NCBI RefSeq assembly: GCF_001194135.2
Contig: NC_068983.1
Span: forward strand, 164,124,665-164,164,149
DNA from: Octopus bimaculoides
Taxonomy: Eukaryota
DNA: 39,485 nucleotides
Direction: 5' to 3'
A program made the position numbers and the translations under genes. Below, in pieces: positions 1 through 10,610 of this stretch. Each line of letters starts with the position of its first letter. Positions within the stretch are counted from its first letter, which is position 1. Under the pieces are notes generated by a model. The model was given only the letters and a program-made list of their open reading frames with translations, made no database searches and was not told where the DNA came from.

Positions 1-237
1 GTAGAAAATATCTTTAGCACGCCGAGCAAAATGCTTAGCGACATTTTGTCTGTCATCACGTTCGGAGTTCAAATTCCGCCGAGGTCGACTTCGCTTTTCA
101 CCCATTTGGAGTCGAGAAATTAAGTACCAGGGGATAGGGGAGGTTAAGTCGATTATACTAGGGTCAATTTGATCGACTTATCCCCCCCCCCCGCCACAAA
201 ATTGCTAGCCTTGTGTCAAAAAATGAAATCAATATTT
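1..237 (+). mobile_element. SINE family A copy (tRNA-like head cut by window edge)
   Basis: Matches copies at 5762 and 21576: TTAGCACGCCG..AAATGCTTAGCG..GAGTTCAAATTCCGCCGAGGTCGAC..TTAAGTACCAG..GCCTTGTG. Confidence 0.85.
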
Positions 238-240
238 TAC

Positions 241-357
241 TTCGGTATCGTAGAAGATTTCAACGTCGTCATGTTTGTCTCCGCTTTTTATACCTTTAGA
301 ATCAACGATATGGATACCAGTCATGTATTCGGTATATCTTGCAGTTGAGTCAATCAA
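241..357 (-). CDS. Possible isolated 117-nt coding exon (LIDSTARYTEYMTGIHIVDSKGIKSGDKHDDVEIFYDTE), product unknown
   Basis: Open frame between CCATAG| and |GTAAAA on the minus strand in non-repetitive sequence; weak polypyrimidine tract; no homology recognised. Confidence 0.12.
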
Positions 358-1323
358 CTATGGAGTTGTTTCTTCTAAAAAAAATATGTGGCTTTCTACC
401 AATGTTAAAAATCGTTATTTCTTGCATAATAACTCCCGCGAACTCTGTATCCTTGGCTGAAGTTAATTCACAGCATTTAGGCTGTTAATGCTGCGATTAA
501 TGCTATCGCAAAAAAAAGCGCAGAACACACATAAAGAAAAAAATAAACACTTTTCTTAGAATTTTTAGATTTTGTGCCAAAACAATGAAACATTATTCCA
601 TAATGATTTCTCATTATGATATTTGTTTATTTATAGAAAAAAAAGATTAAAAATTAAAATCGAAAATAACGAGAAAGTATAATGAGAAAAAGTTTTTAAT
701 ATTAATCTTTATTCACTGTAAATGTACTTTACTAAGATTAATGTAAAATCGTTTAAAACAATTATATTTTATTCTGTATAAATTTACTTCAACAAAAAAA
801 CAATGTAAATTATTTTTAAATACTAAAATGAATTTAATCTTTATTTACTGTAAAGGTGCAATAAGAAACGTGCTGCTGATTGCGCCCCTGTTGCACGGCA
901 ACTGATACTTGGGATGTAAACCCTCTAGCGGCTAGAGTCATACAACCTGCCATTCTTCGAACTAACAACGTTTGAACCTTAAGAAATAACAACCAAATGT
1001 CCTTCAAATTACATTCTACAGTCTCACATGTGATATATTGGATAATGTAGCCTTAAATATACTAAATCTGTGGTCGGGGGTGCGGGAACTGTTAGCCAAG
1101 AATGAAATATCGTAGTTCAGTTCAGTCAGAACGATTCAGTGTTAACCAGCAGCAGCACCCTATCATTTCTCTGTGTGACGAATAGTTCAAAAATCAAACG
1201 GAAATACTCGACATTTGTAAATATTCGCTGATGTAACTAATTGAAAACAAATCGATGTTGGTTAATTTATTTTAGAATCACAGGAATGAGAAAGACAGCA
1301 GATAAATAGACGAACAGTGTTCA

Positions 1324-1578
1324 TTATTTACATTATTTACATTTGATGGAAATTTGTCCTCATCTTGTTTGTTGTTAACACAACATTTCAGCTGATATAC
1401 CTCCCAGCCTTCATCAGGTGTCTTGGGGAAATTTCGAACCTGGGTTTTCATACCTAAGGTATTTTTCGATATTATTATTATTATTATCATTATTATTATT
1501 CAGGTCATTGCCTAGAATCGAACTCGGAATCTTGGGGTTAGTAGCCTGCGCTCTTAACCACTACGCCATATGCCCGTG
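1324..1578 (-). mobile_element. SINE family H: tRNA-derived head, (AAT)n spacer, hammerhead-like 3' region
   Basis: Minus strand GGGCATATGGCGTAGTGGTTAAGAGCG (A box) and GAGTTCGATTC (B-box-like); homologous copies at 8098-8300 and 18811-19091. Confidence 0.85.
1378..1421 (-). ncRNA. Degenerate minimal hammerhead ribozyme motif in SINE H
   Basis: ACAC CTGATGA A GGCTG(GGAGGTATAT)CAGCT GAAA TGTT GTGT; stem I ACAC/GTGT intact, two C>T changes at probable CpG sites. Confidence 0.45.
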
Positions 1579-1665
1579 TAGAAAAGTATATAGTGTTGTT
1601 GTTGTTATTGTGGTTTTTAACCCCAGGCCAGTCCTATGTACTAGATGTCTATTATATTACTAGCA

Positions 1666-1848
1666 CTCTCTTTTACTCTTTTACTTGTTTCAGTCATTTG
1701 ACTGCGGCCATGCTGGAGCACCGCCGTTAGTCGAGCAAATCGACCACAAGACTTATTCTTTGTAAGCCTAATACTTATTCTGTGGGTTTATTTTGCCGAA
1801 CCGCTAAGTTACGGGGACATAAACACACCAGCGATGTTGGGAGGGCAA

Positions 1849-1884
<36 letters not shown>

Positions 1885-2056
1885 GAATATATATATACGA
1901 CAGGCTTCTTTCAGTTTCCATCTACCAAATTCACTCACAAGGCTTTGGTCGGCCCGAGGCTATAGCAGAAGACACTTGCCCAAGGTGCCACACAGTGGGA
2001 CTAAACCCAGAACCATGTGGTTGGTAAGCGAGCTACTTACCACACAGCCAATCCTG
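1666..2056 (-). mobile_element. SINE family B (tRNA head, CORE-like domain, internal (TA)/(TG) microsatellite, 3' half)
   Basis: Minus strand GGCTGTGTGGTAAG..GGGTTTAGTCCCACTG..CACCTTGGGCAAGTGTCTT; 3' tail GAAACAAGTAAAAGAGTAAAAGAG; many homologues in window. Confidence 0.9.
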
Positions 2057-2470
2057 TAATCAATAACATTTCAACCGTTAAAATTTTACCTAATTTCAAA
2101 TGTAGTGTATTTAGGACTACAATCTTTAATACGTTAGTTCACCCCCACAAAGATGATAAGGTGTGAATTGAAGAGAATTTCTGTATTATTTCTTGTTGGT
2201 TAAACAACAGCAATGACGCGGCAGCCGTCGCCATAATTTTTTCCAACAAGGACTGACTTTAAGTATTCAATTAGTTATCGTTTTCGTTCAGCTGAAATCT
2301 ACTTTCATTTCTTTAAAGTCGAAATATACAACCTCCATATCATTAACTGAAAACCTCATCCACCAAAATACTGGCCTTTTTGCCTAATTATAATGAAATC
2401 AGCATTAATTATTTAATTTCATTAAATTAATTTATCGCAGGCTTTTTACATCATTTGCTGGTAAATGTGT

Positions 2471-2471
<1 letters not shown>

Positions 2472-2502
<31 letters not shown>

Positions 2503-2839
2503 NNNNNNNNNNNNNNNNNNNNNNNNNNNNNNNNNNNNNNNNNNNNNNNNNNNNNNNNNNNNNNNNNNNNNNNNNNNNNNNNNNNNNNNNNNNNNNNNNN
2601 NNNNNNNNNNNNNNNNNNNNNNNNNNNNNNNNNNNNNNNNNNNNNNNNNNNNNNNNNNNNNNNNNNNNNNNNNNNNNNNNNNNNNNNNNNNNNNNNNNNN
2701 NNNNNNNNNNNNNNNNNNNNNNNNNNNNNNNNNNNNNNNNNNNNNNNNNNNNNNNNNNNNNNNNNNNNNNNNNNNNNNNNNNNNNNNNNNNNNNNNNNNN
2801 NNNNNNNNNNNNNNNNNNNNNNNNNNNNNNNNNNNNNNN

Positions 2840-2892
<53 letters not shown>
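2472..2892. repeat. (CA)n / assembly gap / (TA)n
   Basis: Direct reading; N-run 2503-2839. Confidence 0.95.
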
Positions 2893-2899
<7 letters not shown>

Positions 2900-3385
2900 A
2901 TAAAATGTTAACAGATAATATACAATATACAAAATAAACATGATAATTGCCGAATGTGACTACTTTTATAATTGAATTGGCACAAAAATTGCTGCCTTTT
3001 CGGAAATATTCATTTTTATTTTTGTTGTAACTCGCTTTATTAAATTAATTATTTCAAAGTAACTTTTATCATTTAGACGCAGATACAATTGCTCCACATA
3101 TCTGATCGGTAGATTTCATAATCAATTTATTAATTTATTAATTGCCAATGTGATAAGTAATACTAGAACAAAACATAAAAAGTAAAAGCAAACCGATCGA
3201 AAACATCAACAGCAATTTATATTGAACTTCTTGTGTATTGATTAATTTCGTGGCGATTTCAAATTTGCACTTTTCCAGTATGTGTATGATTTGCCATTGG
3301 GGGTTTGTAGACATATACTTAATATAAAGCGGTGAGAAGGTAGAATTATTCGAACCGGGTTAGGAATGCTATGTGATATTTGCTT

Positions 3386-3717
3386 CATGTTGGAGCACGG
3401 CTTTGGAGAACTGAGAGTCGAATGAATCGACCCCGGTACTTCTTTTTAAAGCCTGTTTTTTTTTCTTTTTTGCCAAACAGCTAAATTACGGAGAAGTAAA
3501 CACACCAACACCGGTCGTCAAGACATAGTGTTATGACACAAACACACACACACACATACGACGGTCTTCTTTCCATTTCCATCTACCAAATCCACTCACA
3601 AGGCTTTGGTAAGCCTGAAGTTATAGTAGGAGACACATGCTCAAGGTGCCATACAGTGGGACTGAACCCGGAACCATGTGGTTGGGAAGCAAGCTTCTTA
3701 CCACAAAACAACACCTG
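3386..3717 (-). mobile_element. SINE family B, diverged copy
   Basis: CCAAATCCACTCACAAGGCTTTGG, CAAGGTGCCATACAGTGGGACTGAACCCGGAACCATGTGG; short internal (CA)n. Confidence 0.85.
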
Positions 3718-3865
3718 ATATATGTATTGTATTATTTCGGTAAGGTATAACGATACTAATAACCAGTAGCTAGAATTCAAACTAATTATTATTTAGAATA
3801 AAGCGTTAGACGAATACACAGCGTAATGTTAATTAACGACGACAAAGGAACAAGGATTACACAAC

Positions 3866-4024
3866 CAACTTCATTAGCGTACAGGTGTTTCTGCTATAGC
3901 AAAGAGTGCACTCAGAAGTGAGTGCTTTACTTTACTGGCTCTGATGAAGTTATATGTTGCACAAACACATAGTGCTGAGTGCATTGCTTTTCATAGCGGA
4001 AACACTTGTACGCTAATGCAGCTG
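3866..4024. repeat. Inverted repeat, arms about 45 bp, spacer about 59 nt
   Basis: CATTAGCGTACAGGTGTTTCTGCTAT..TGCACTCAG (3872-3915) vs reverse complement of 3975-4018 CATTAGCGTACAAGTGTTTCCGCTAT..TGCACTCAG. Confidence 0.85.
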
Positions 4025-4098
4025 ACTACATAATCCCTGTCTACTTGTCATTCATTGATTAATATATATGTGCGCATATATAAATATAGTTAAAAAGG

Positions 4099-4110
4099 AT
4101 ACAGACAGAC

Positions 4111-4160
<50 letters not shown>
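4099..4160. repeat. (GACA)n(GATA)n microsatellite
   Basis: Direct reading. Confidence 0.95.
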
Positions 4161-4161
<1 letters not shown>

Positions 4162-4889
4162 GTCAGATAAGCGAAACACATGAATGAAAAAGCGTAGAAA
4201 TATAAAATGAAAGCCCATCAATGAAAGAAGTGTAGAGCAAAAATAGTATACCAATGGAAAGCAGAAAAGAACTAATGATTCAGAGAGAAGGGAAAATAAC
4301 TAAGAGAACAAAAAGGAAATATACGATAGCGAATATGCGACGTCGGTTCAGTTGGCAGGCTTAGTGTAATAGGAAAAGTGGGCAGTGGGAAAAGGAGACA
4401 GTAAATAGAAACAGAATCTGTTACAGTGTAAATAAAAGAAAAGAGATTATAAACAAAAGGTGTGGTTTTGAGCCAAAATATCCTTTCCTACTCGAAAAAT
4501 ATAGCTACTGGTTTGTTTAAGAGAGGCTGCAAATTCTTGGAGCTGATTCACCAGCATGGCCACAGTAAAATGACAGAAATCAGAAAAAATAGAATATGTA
4601 AAATAATACTAATTTTGAAAATAAGTATAAAAAGTAAAATGTAGAGAAAAGAGAAAAAAGTAGACATCGTATCCATGTCTTTGTCAGTTAAAAAAATAAA
4701 CATATATTAATACAATAGTACCTTCCTATCTACCTTCTTGCATCTCTTGTCACTCTAGAAATTTTATTGAAAGGGAGAAATCTTTAATTTCAAAAATGTT
4801 TACATTTTGGTCTTGGCGGGATATGAACTTACAGTATAAACAACCAGATTAAACACCACCGGCTACTTTTTACCACAATAATATGATTC

Positions 4890-5102
4890 CCATCTATTCT
4901 AGGCACAAGACCCGAAATTTCGAGGGAGGGAACAAGTCGATTAGATCAACACCAGTACACAACTGGTACTTAATTTATCGACCTCGAAAGGATGAAAGAC
5001 AAAGTCGACCTCGGTGTAATTTGAACTCGGAACGTAAAGACAGACGAATTACCGCTAAGCGTTTTGTCCGGCGTGCTAACGACTCTGCCAGCTCGTCGCC
5101 TT
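4890..5102 (-). mobile_element. SINE family A, full length with target-site duplication
   Basis: Reverse complement of family A; flanks CACAATAATATGATTC (4874-4889) and CACAATAAAATGATTC (5103-5118). Confidence 0.9.
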
Positions 5103-5195
5103 CACAATAAAATGATTCTGCCAGCTCATGGCCATAAATAAAGAAGTTAGTCTGTCAAATTTGGTGACGATCAGCAAGTGCTAATCTTAAATAAA

Positions 5196-5272
5196 TAGAT
5201 GAATGAATGAATGAATGAATGAAGGAAGGAAGGCAGGACGGAAGGAAGGAAGGAAGGAAGGAAGAAAGGAAC
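5196..5272. repeat. (GAAT)n(GAAG)n microsatellite
   Basis: Direct reading. Confidence 0.9.
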
Positions 5273-5761
5273 GAAGGCAAAAGACTAAGATACTTAAAGT
5301 TATCATGTTTGTCCATTGGTGAAGGTGAGAATTTAAGCATACGACCACTCGGCACGTGATGCATCCATGCAGGAGACCAAACAATGCCAACTGCAACCAC
5401 CTACACTGCATCTCACGTGCGTCTCAGGGCAGGGAAGTGTCGGTATTTCAGTGTAACGAATAGGTGACGCCTCCACTACTACAATGAAAGGTTCGTCATC
5501 GATCGCTCCAAGAAGTGTCACTTAATTCGATGAAGTCTTTGCTCGACTACGCAGCAGCAGCACTTCAGCAAGAGATGCAGTCACATGGTGGGGATAAGAA
5601 ATCTTCACTTGTAGTATTTCTTCTCGCTCTTTTTATCCTGAGTTCAAACACTGCAGAAGCTGATTCTGCCTTTCATCATTTAAGGTCGATAAATATTGTA
5701 CCAGTTAAGTACTGACGGCATTGCTATTGACTAATCTCTCCCTCAATATTGGTGGTCTTGT

Positions 5762-5975
5762 AAGACGGCGCGCTGGCAGAAACGTTAGCACGCCGGGCGA
5801 AATGCTCAGTGGTATTTCGTCTGCCTTTGCGCTCTGAGTTCAAATTCCGCCGAGGTCGACTTTGCCTTTCATCTTTTCGGGGTCGATAAATTAAGTACCA
5901 GTTGCATACTGGGGTCGATATAATCGACTGGCCCCCTCCCCAAAAGTTTCAGGCCTTGTGCCTAGAGTAGAAAAT
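5762..5975 (+). mobile_element. SINE family A, full length
   Basis: AAGACGGCGCGCTGGCAGAAACGTTAGC..GAGTTCAAATTCC (B box)..CCTTTCATCTTTTCGGGGTCGATAAATTAAGTACC..GCCTAGAGTAGAAAA; probable degenerate TSD AATATTGGTGGTCTTGT / AATATTGCCAGTCTTGT; extra fragment at 5637-5715. Confidence 0.9.
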
Positions 5976-6826
5976 AATATTGCCAGTCTTGTGCTGAAAT
6001 TAGAATACAAGTTTTCCGTAATTATCTCGGATGACCTTTGGCTTTGAAAGCTCTTTTCTCTTATATTAAGAATTTAAGGGCCATTTCTTGGAGTGCAGTG
6101 TCGGTGCACTTGAGACGGCATTAAATCAAAATACCAGAGATTACAGTATATACACATACGTAAACTACTAGGGTTACGTGTAACGCAATCGACCGTGACT
6201 CAAAAGATTATGAGAGAAAGGAATTTAAAAGTCGATTTGCGGGAAAATTTCAACGATCAACACACAGTCACAATGAACAGAAAATAATTTCATTTAATTT
6301 CTTTGGAGATTATTTCTCCTGCTATAAATATTTGTCTTTTTAAAAGAGAAATGTGATCCATCGACATCCGAGCGAAGATCTATGTTTTTAATCTACAAGT
6401 CTTTTTGAGAAGTTTCTTCGAGATAAAATACCACAGCTAGTGCCGTTCACGGATATGTATATATCATAAGCATCAGTTTTTTTCTTAATTTAATGCCGTT
6501 TCAAGTGCGTATTCTAATTTAATTTTTTAAAAGTTAGTGAGCTTTCACATGTTAGCTTTTTACTTCTAAGAATTTAATATTAATCGAGTTCGTGACCATT
6601 AAACAAGTTCATTACCATTTTTCGCTATTTTTCTCTCTTCATTTTTAACTTGTGTACAGAAAATATTTTTTGCGGGTTTCTCTGAGAGATTCTATTGATT
6701 TGATTCGGAATAATCAACACGGGTTAAGCTGACCAAATTTTTTTTTAAAGTTTTATTTTGTCTTTGTAGTTTTCATCTCCCAAAACCTTTAATTAGGGAT
6801 TGAAGCTAATGATTTTAATGAATAAT

Positions 6827-7053
6827 TTAATTGGTAAAATAATCAGATCCCAATGAACTTGTCAACAATCGTTTCTCAAAGAAGTAAGATGATTGAGTGG
6901 ACAGCGAATTCATCGCACAAAATACAGCATCGCTTGCTCCATCATGTGAACAGATCGGTTGAAAACGTGCCAGCTTCGTTTCAGGCAAACTGATTGCTGT
7001 TGCTCTCAATAATCGTGAAGGAGTCAGTTTGTGAGATGCGCTGAATTTCTCAT
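6827..7053 (-). CDS. Possible terminal coding exon, product unknown
   Basis: TTTTAAG| acceptor, open frame EKFSASHKLTPSRLLRATAISLPETKLARFQPICS..LGSDYFTN*, higher GC than flanks, AATAAA about 70 nt downstream; no homology recognised. Confidence 0.15.
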
Positions 7054-7130
7054 CTTAAAATTTGCTCTGGTCTGGTACACTGCTGCTATAATAGTGCTTA
7101 TTCATTGCACCACATATATGCGGAAGCGGA

Positions 7131-7145
7131 AGCTGCTGCTGCTGT

Positions 7146-7215
<70 letters not shown>

Positions 7216-7225
7216 GCTGCTGCTA
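7131..7225. repeat. (CTG)n(TAC)n(CTG)n trinucleotide repeat
   Basis: Direct reading. Confidence 0.95.
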
Positions 7226-7393
7226 CTAGGCATCTAAGATATATATATGTATACAAATGTAAAAATCGTACAAAAATATATAACGCACACGCACACACAC
7301 ACACACACATATGTATGTATGTGTTTATGTATGTATGTAGATAATGATTTAAATAAACAGATAAAAGGTTGCGTTTTAATGTAAATAGAGAAG

Positions 7394-7435
<42 letters not shown>

Positions 7436-7444
7436 TAAATATAT

Positions 7445-7497
<53 letters not shown>

Positions 7498-7607
7498 CAC
7501 ACACACTCACACACACNNNNNNNNNNNNNNNNNNNNNNNNNNNNATGTATGTAGATAATGATTTAAATAAACAGATAAAAGGTTGCGTTTTAATGTAAAT
7601 AGAGAAG

Positions 7608-7645
<38 letters not shown>

Positions 7646-7649
7646 GGGA

Positions 7650-7800
7650 GAATATACAAAAAATAACAACAGACGAGGACAGGTGGTGTAAATAACAAAA
7701 GTATATATTAGTATGACGCTCGGGAATACGGAAAGTCTTTGACGTTTCGAGCTACGCTCTTCAACAGAAAGAATACGGAGACAAGGAGAAAAACACGGAG
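7650..7800 (-). mobile_element. Unclassified non-autonomous repeat (family P) with hammerhead-like motif
   Basis: Homologous to 11345-11540 (+) and 13430-13510 (-): CCCGAGCG..ACTAATA..TTTGTT.TTTACA..CCTGTC.TCGTCT. Confidence 0.7.
7736..7772 (-). ncRNA. Minimal hammerhead-like motif with CUGUUGA core variant
   Basis: TCTTT CTGTTGA A GAGC(GTA)GCTC GAAA C GTC | AAAGA: 5-bp stem I, 4-bp stem II, palindromic ACGT helix III, GUC site. Confidence 0.5.
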
Positions 7801-8097
7801 AAAAAAAATTGAATAGTGTTCAGTCAACGGTCAATCATGTATATGTATATGTATATATATACATGCATATATGAGAACAGGACGTAACCGACTGTAAACA
7901 ACATGAAATACGAAAACAAGCGAGTTAAATACGCAAACAAGGAGAGAAAAAATTGAAAAGAGGACAAGTAACACAAAGAACGATCCTTCATCAGTTGTCG
8001 GCAGTGTACCGACTCCTTATTTCGAGCAGTGTGTGTATTATAGAGCAAACTTACTCAGATTACATAGACTTAAAGTATTAGAGAGGAGAAGGTGTTA

Positions 8098-8300
8098 ATA
8101 ATTAATAATAATAATAATAATAACATCGAAAAATACCTTAAGAATGAGAATCGAGATTCGAAATTTCCCCAAGATACCTGATGAAGGCTGGTGGGTATAT
8201 CAGCCAAAACGTTTTGTTAACCACAAACAAGATGAGGGCAAATATCCGTCAAATGTAAATAATGTACATAATTCCTCATCTTTTAAATATAGAACTGTAT
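8098..8300 (+). mobile_element. SINE family H, copy lacking tRNA head
   Basis: (AAT)n ACATCGAAAAATACCTTA..CCTGATGAAGGCTGG..CAGCC..CAAATATCCGTCAAATGTAAATAATGTAC; hammerhead-like motif 8174-8217 has GAAA>AAAA. Confidence 0.85.
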
Positions 8301-8520
8301 AATCTCGAGATGTTATTGTCACTGTTGATTCCATATGGGATGTACTCATTTCTCTCTGTACTGTTCAGCCGGTGTTGTCTAAGTGACACTATGAGGGGCT
8401 CAAAGATCGTCTGAGCTCACCTTAGGCCTCCAACTCCGTTCCTCTGTTTAAGACAGATCCTGTCAGTGCCACTGTGGACATGGAAATTATCAGTGGTTGC
8501 CAGTAGAAGTTGTAAAGTCC
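8301..8520 (-). pseudogene. Decayed R4/Dong-like non-LTR retrotransposon fragment (region C-terminal to RT core)
   Basis: Manual translation TSTGN..FHVHSGTDRICLKQRNGVGGLR*AQTIFEPLIVSLRQHRLNSTERNEYI resembles the recalled FH..SD.DRLY..R..GGRGL motif of RLE-encoding LINEs. Confidence 0.6.
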
Positions 8521-8877
8521 AAGTTGCAGAATTCAAGTGTCCTGTCTAGCATATCAAATATTGATAATATCACTGGCATAGTAAAAGGATTGTGTGTGTG
8601 TGTGCGTTTGTATACATTAGAAAGAGAATGTGTACAAGCAAAACATGTAATATCACTTAAGAGCATTTAATTTATAATTTAAACATAATTTAAGCCGAAC
8701 GCAATTTACTGCAACTATTCTGCACTGTTTAAATTATTTTTAAAATCATAAATTAAATGCTCTAAAGTAATACCTCGTGTTTTTCTTGTTCATTTTCTGC
8801 TTTTAATATATATATATCTACCTTAGAAAATTACTATTTTTAAATCTCAAGACGAGAGATATTCAGCAACAGTACTT

Positions 8878-9245
8878 TGGGGTAAAGATTGTTTGCCAAC
8901 ATAACATGGCAGTCCTGGTTTAGGACGAATGTTGCTGTAATTTAGCCCCAGGAGACATCGTCACCAGCTGGCTATACAACATGATCTGTGTCCTTATATA
9001 TTTCGAACGGTAATTTGGCAGCCGAACAATTATTCTGTGCTGATGAAGGGAAATAATCCGGAAATCGCGATACACAGATATTGTTTTGAGCTGAGTGGGG
9101 GTGCTAGATTCCCTTGTTCGAAAATATAAGGACACAGATTGTGTCGTATAGCCAGCTGGAGACAATGTCTCCTGGGGCTAAATTACAGCAACATTCGTCC
9201 TAAACCGGGACTGCCATGTTATGTTGGCAAATAATCTTTACTCCA
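8878..9245. mobile_element. Foldback/MITE-like element with about 130-bp terminal inverted repeats
   Basis: Arms 8878-9008 and 9116-9245 differ by about 8 substitutions and one indel by eye; no clear TSD. Confidence 0.9.
9025..9085 (+). ncRNA. Type I minimal hammerhead ribozyme motif in the loop of the foldback element
   Basis: AACAATTATTCTGTG CTGATGA A GGG(AAATAAT)CCG GAAA TCGCGA TA | CACAGATATTGTT; extended stem I, palindromic ATCGCGAT helix III, AUA site; stem II closing pair broken by G9060. Confidence 0.6.
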
Positions 9246-9393
9246 TATATCTACCTGTTTAACGAGGAATTAATTTTAGATACCTTTGATAACATCACTT
9301 CTCGGTTTTCAGTTGCAGCCGTAGTTTTAGCAGGAAACCAAATCGAGCACTTATAGAACATGCGTATTGAATTATCTCATTAGAGGAACGTTT

Positions 9394-9425
<32 letters not shown>

Positions 9426-9444
9426 TGTATGTATGTATGCATGC

Positions 9445-9995
9445 ATGCATGTATGCCTCTTCTGTTTTTTAACTATTATAAATCTTCCACTGCGGTGGGA
9501 GCCAGTTTCCATCAAAGATACAAGGCTCCATCTTTGGGATGTGGTTAACACAGACAAATTCCATTTGGAACTTGAGAAAAGTCTTGCATATTTTTACTGT
9601 TCCACTCACAGATTGCATTTGTAATGTACGAATCAGCCGGTCAATTTCTATTTCTGAAAATCCCAGTTTATCCAGATTCTCTTTTAAACATTTACTAACA
9701 AAACCTAGTGCTCCAATTATTTTTGCGAGGATCGAGTATCAGTTGATTTATTTTTTACAAAAGATACTTGTTGTCGGAGCTGTTTCGCCGTGAAGGTATT
9801 TAAGATTGGATGAGCCTTACCTCAGTATTGTTTTAACCACTTCATGTATCCAATTGAAGGGTCATCTCGGGATTTTTCATAACACCGAAGTAAATTTTGG
9901 TTTAGTTGTTGAGTCCAATAAAATGAGAAGAGTTCTTACGTCTTCTGAAATAACTTACTGGTAAAGTGGTTCTGTTTTCATCGGTGGTGGTGTTA
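9445..9995 (-). mobile_element. Internally deleted R4/Dong-like retrotransposon flanked by (TATG)n
   Basis: Translation gives N-terminal-like WTQQLNQNLLRCYEKSRDDPSIGYMKWLKQY*..TFTAKQLRQQVSFV joined to C-terminal IIGALGFVSKCLKENLDKLGF..LQMQSVSGTVKICKTFLKF, then 3' UTR and (CATA)n tail. Confidence 0.7.
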
Positions 9996-10069
9996 GTAGG
10001 TATGTATATATGTATGTATGTATATATGTATGTATGTATATATGTATGTATGTATGTAAGTATGTATGT

Positions 10070-10175
10070 ATGTCATTATTCAGTTTTATTTCAAGATTTC
10101 TTGACAGTAGAGAAAGAGCTGGTTTCTAACCTAGATTCAAGGCGCCTTCATTGGAATTTCAACATCAACAATAGA
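10070..10175 (-). mobile_element. Short 3'-end fragment of a related (CATA)n-tailed element
   Basis: Minus strand GCCTTGAATCTAGGTTAGAAACCAGCTC..AAAACTGAATAATGACATACATAC shares the GCCTTG.ATCT....GAAAC motif with the 3' UTR of 9445-9995. Confidence 0.45.
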
Positions 10176-10204
10176 GTATGTATGTATGTAAGCATGTATG
10201 TATA

Positions 10205-10610
10205 TAAAAACGAATACAAAAAATGGGACAAGAACGCAAAACATCCAGACAGTTAGATGATACAACAAAGAGACGAGAAAAAACAAAGACGGGTCATCTG
10301 GAGTTTTCTTTCGTCAGTCGAGTTCCAGATTATCTTTGCAATTTCAGCTGGCTATACTCGAGATTGCTCCAATCTGGCCAGCCCCAAGGAAAAACTAAGC
10401 TAAGAGCACTAGATTCCTTGGAAGAAAGCAGCGAATGTACACGAAAACAAGGACGGAAAAACCGGAGAAATGTTACACAAATACAAATGCAAATAACAGG
10501 ACATTAACAACAGGTGTCTTTCGACTAAGGACGAATTAAATTCAGCTGGTGTGTGTGGAAGTGAAGCCTTACAACAGGAACATAAGAGATGACAGGCATG
10601 GGAAGTGTTG
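10205..10610. mobile_element. Unclassified interspersed repeat
   Basis: Recalled as a common octopus-type repeat; bounded by (TATG)n; single copy in this window. Confidence 0.3.

Noticed and set aside
1501-1578. tRNA gene calls for SINE heads (also 19014-19091 and the B-box-like piece near 24690)
   Set aside because: Acceptor and anticodon stems do not close, and the sequences continue into repeat bodies, so these are SINE heads or relics.
2139-2234. Minus-strand ATG in good context (AAAATTATGGCG; MATAAASLLLFNQQ..)
   Set aside because: Only 31 codons, weak donor, no homology; cannot be supported as a gene start.
5334-5465. HPCRRPNNANCNHLHC as an EGF-like exon
   Set aside because: Cysteine spacing is incomplete, the frame stops soon after, and there are no convincing splice sites.
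7314-7640. Apparent direct duplication of about 100 bp
   Set aside because: The copies flank a short N-gap and are identical, typical of unmerged contig overlap.
7965-8000. Minus-strand GACAA-CTGATGAAGG..TTGTC as a hammerhead
   Set aside because: No GAAA and no NUH site in the right position; at most a remnant.
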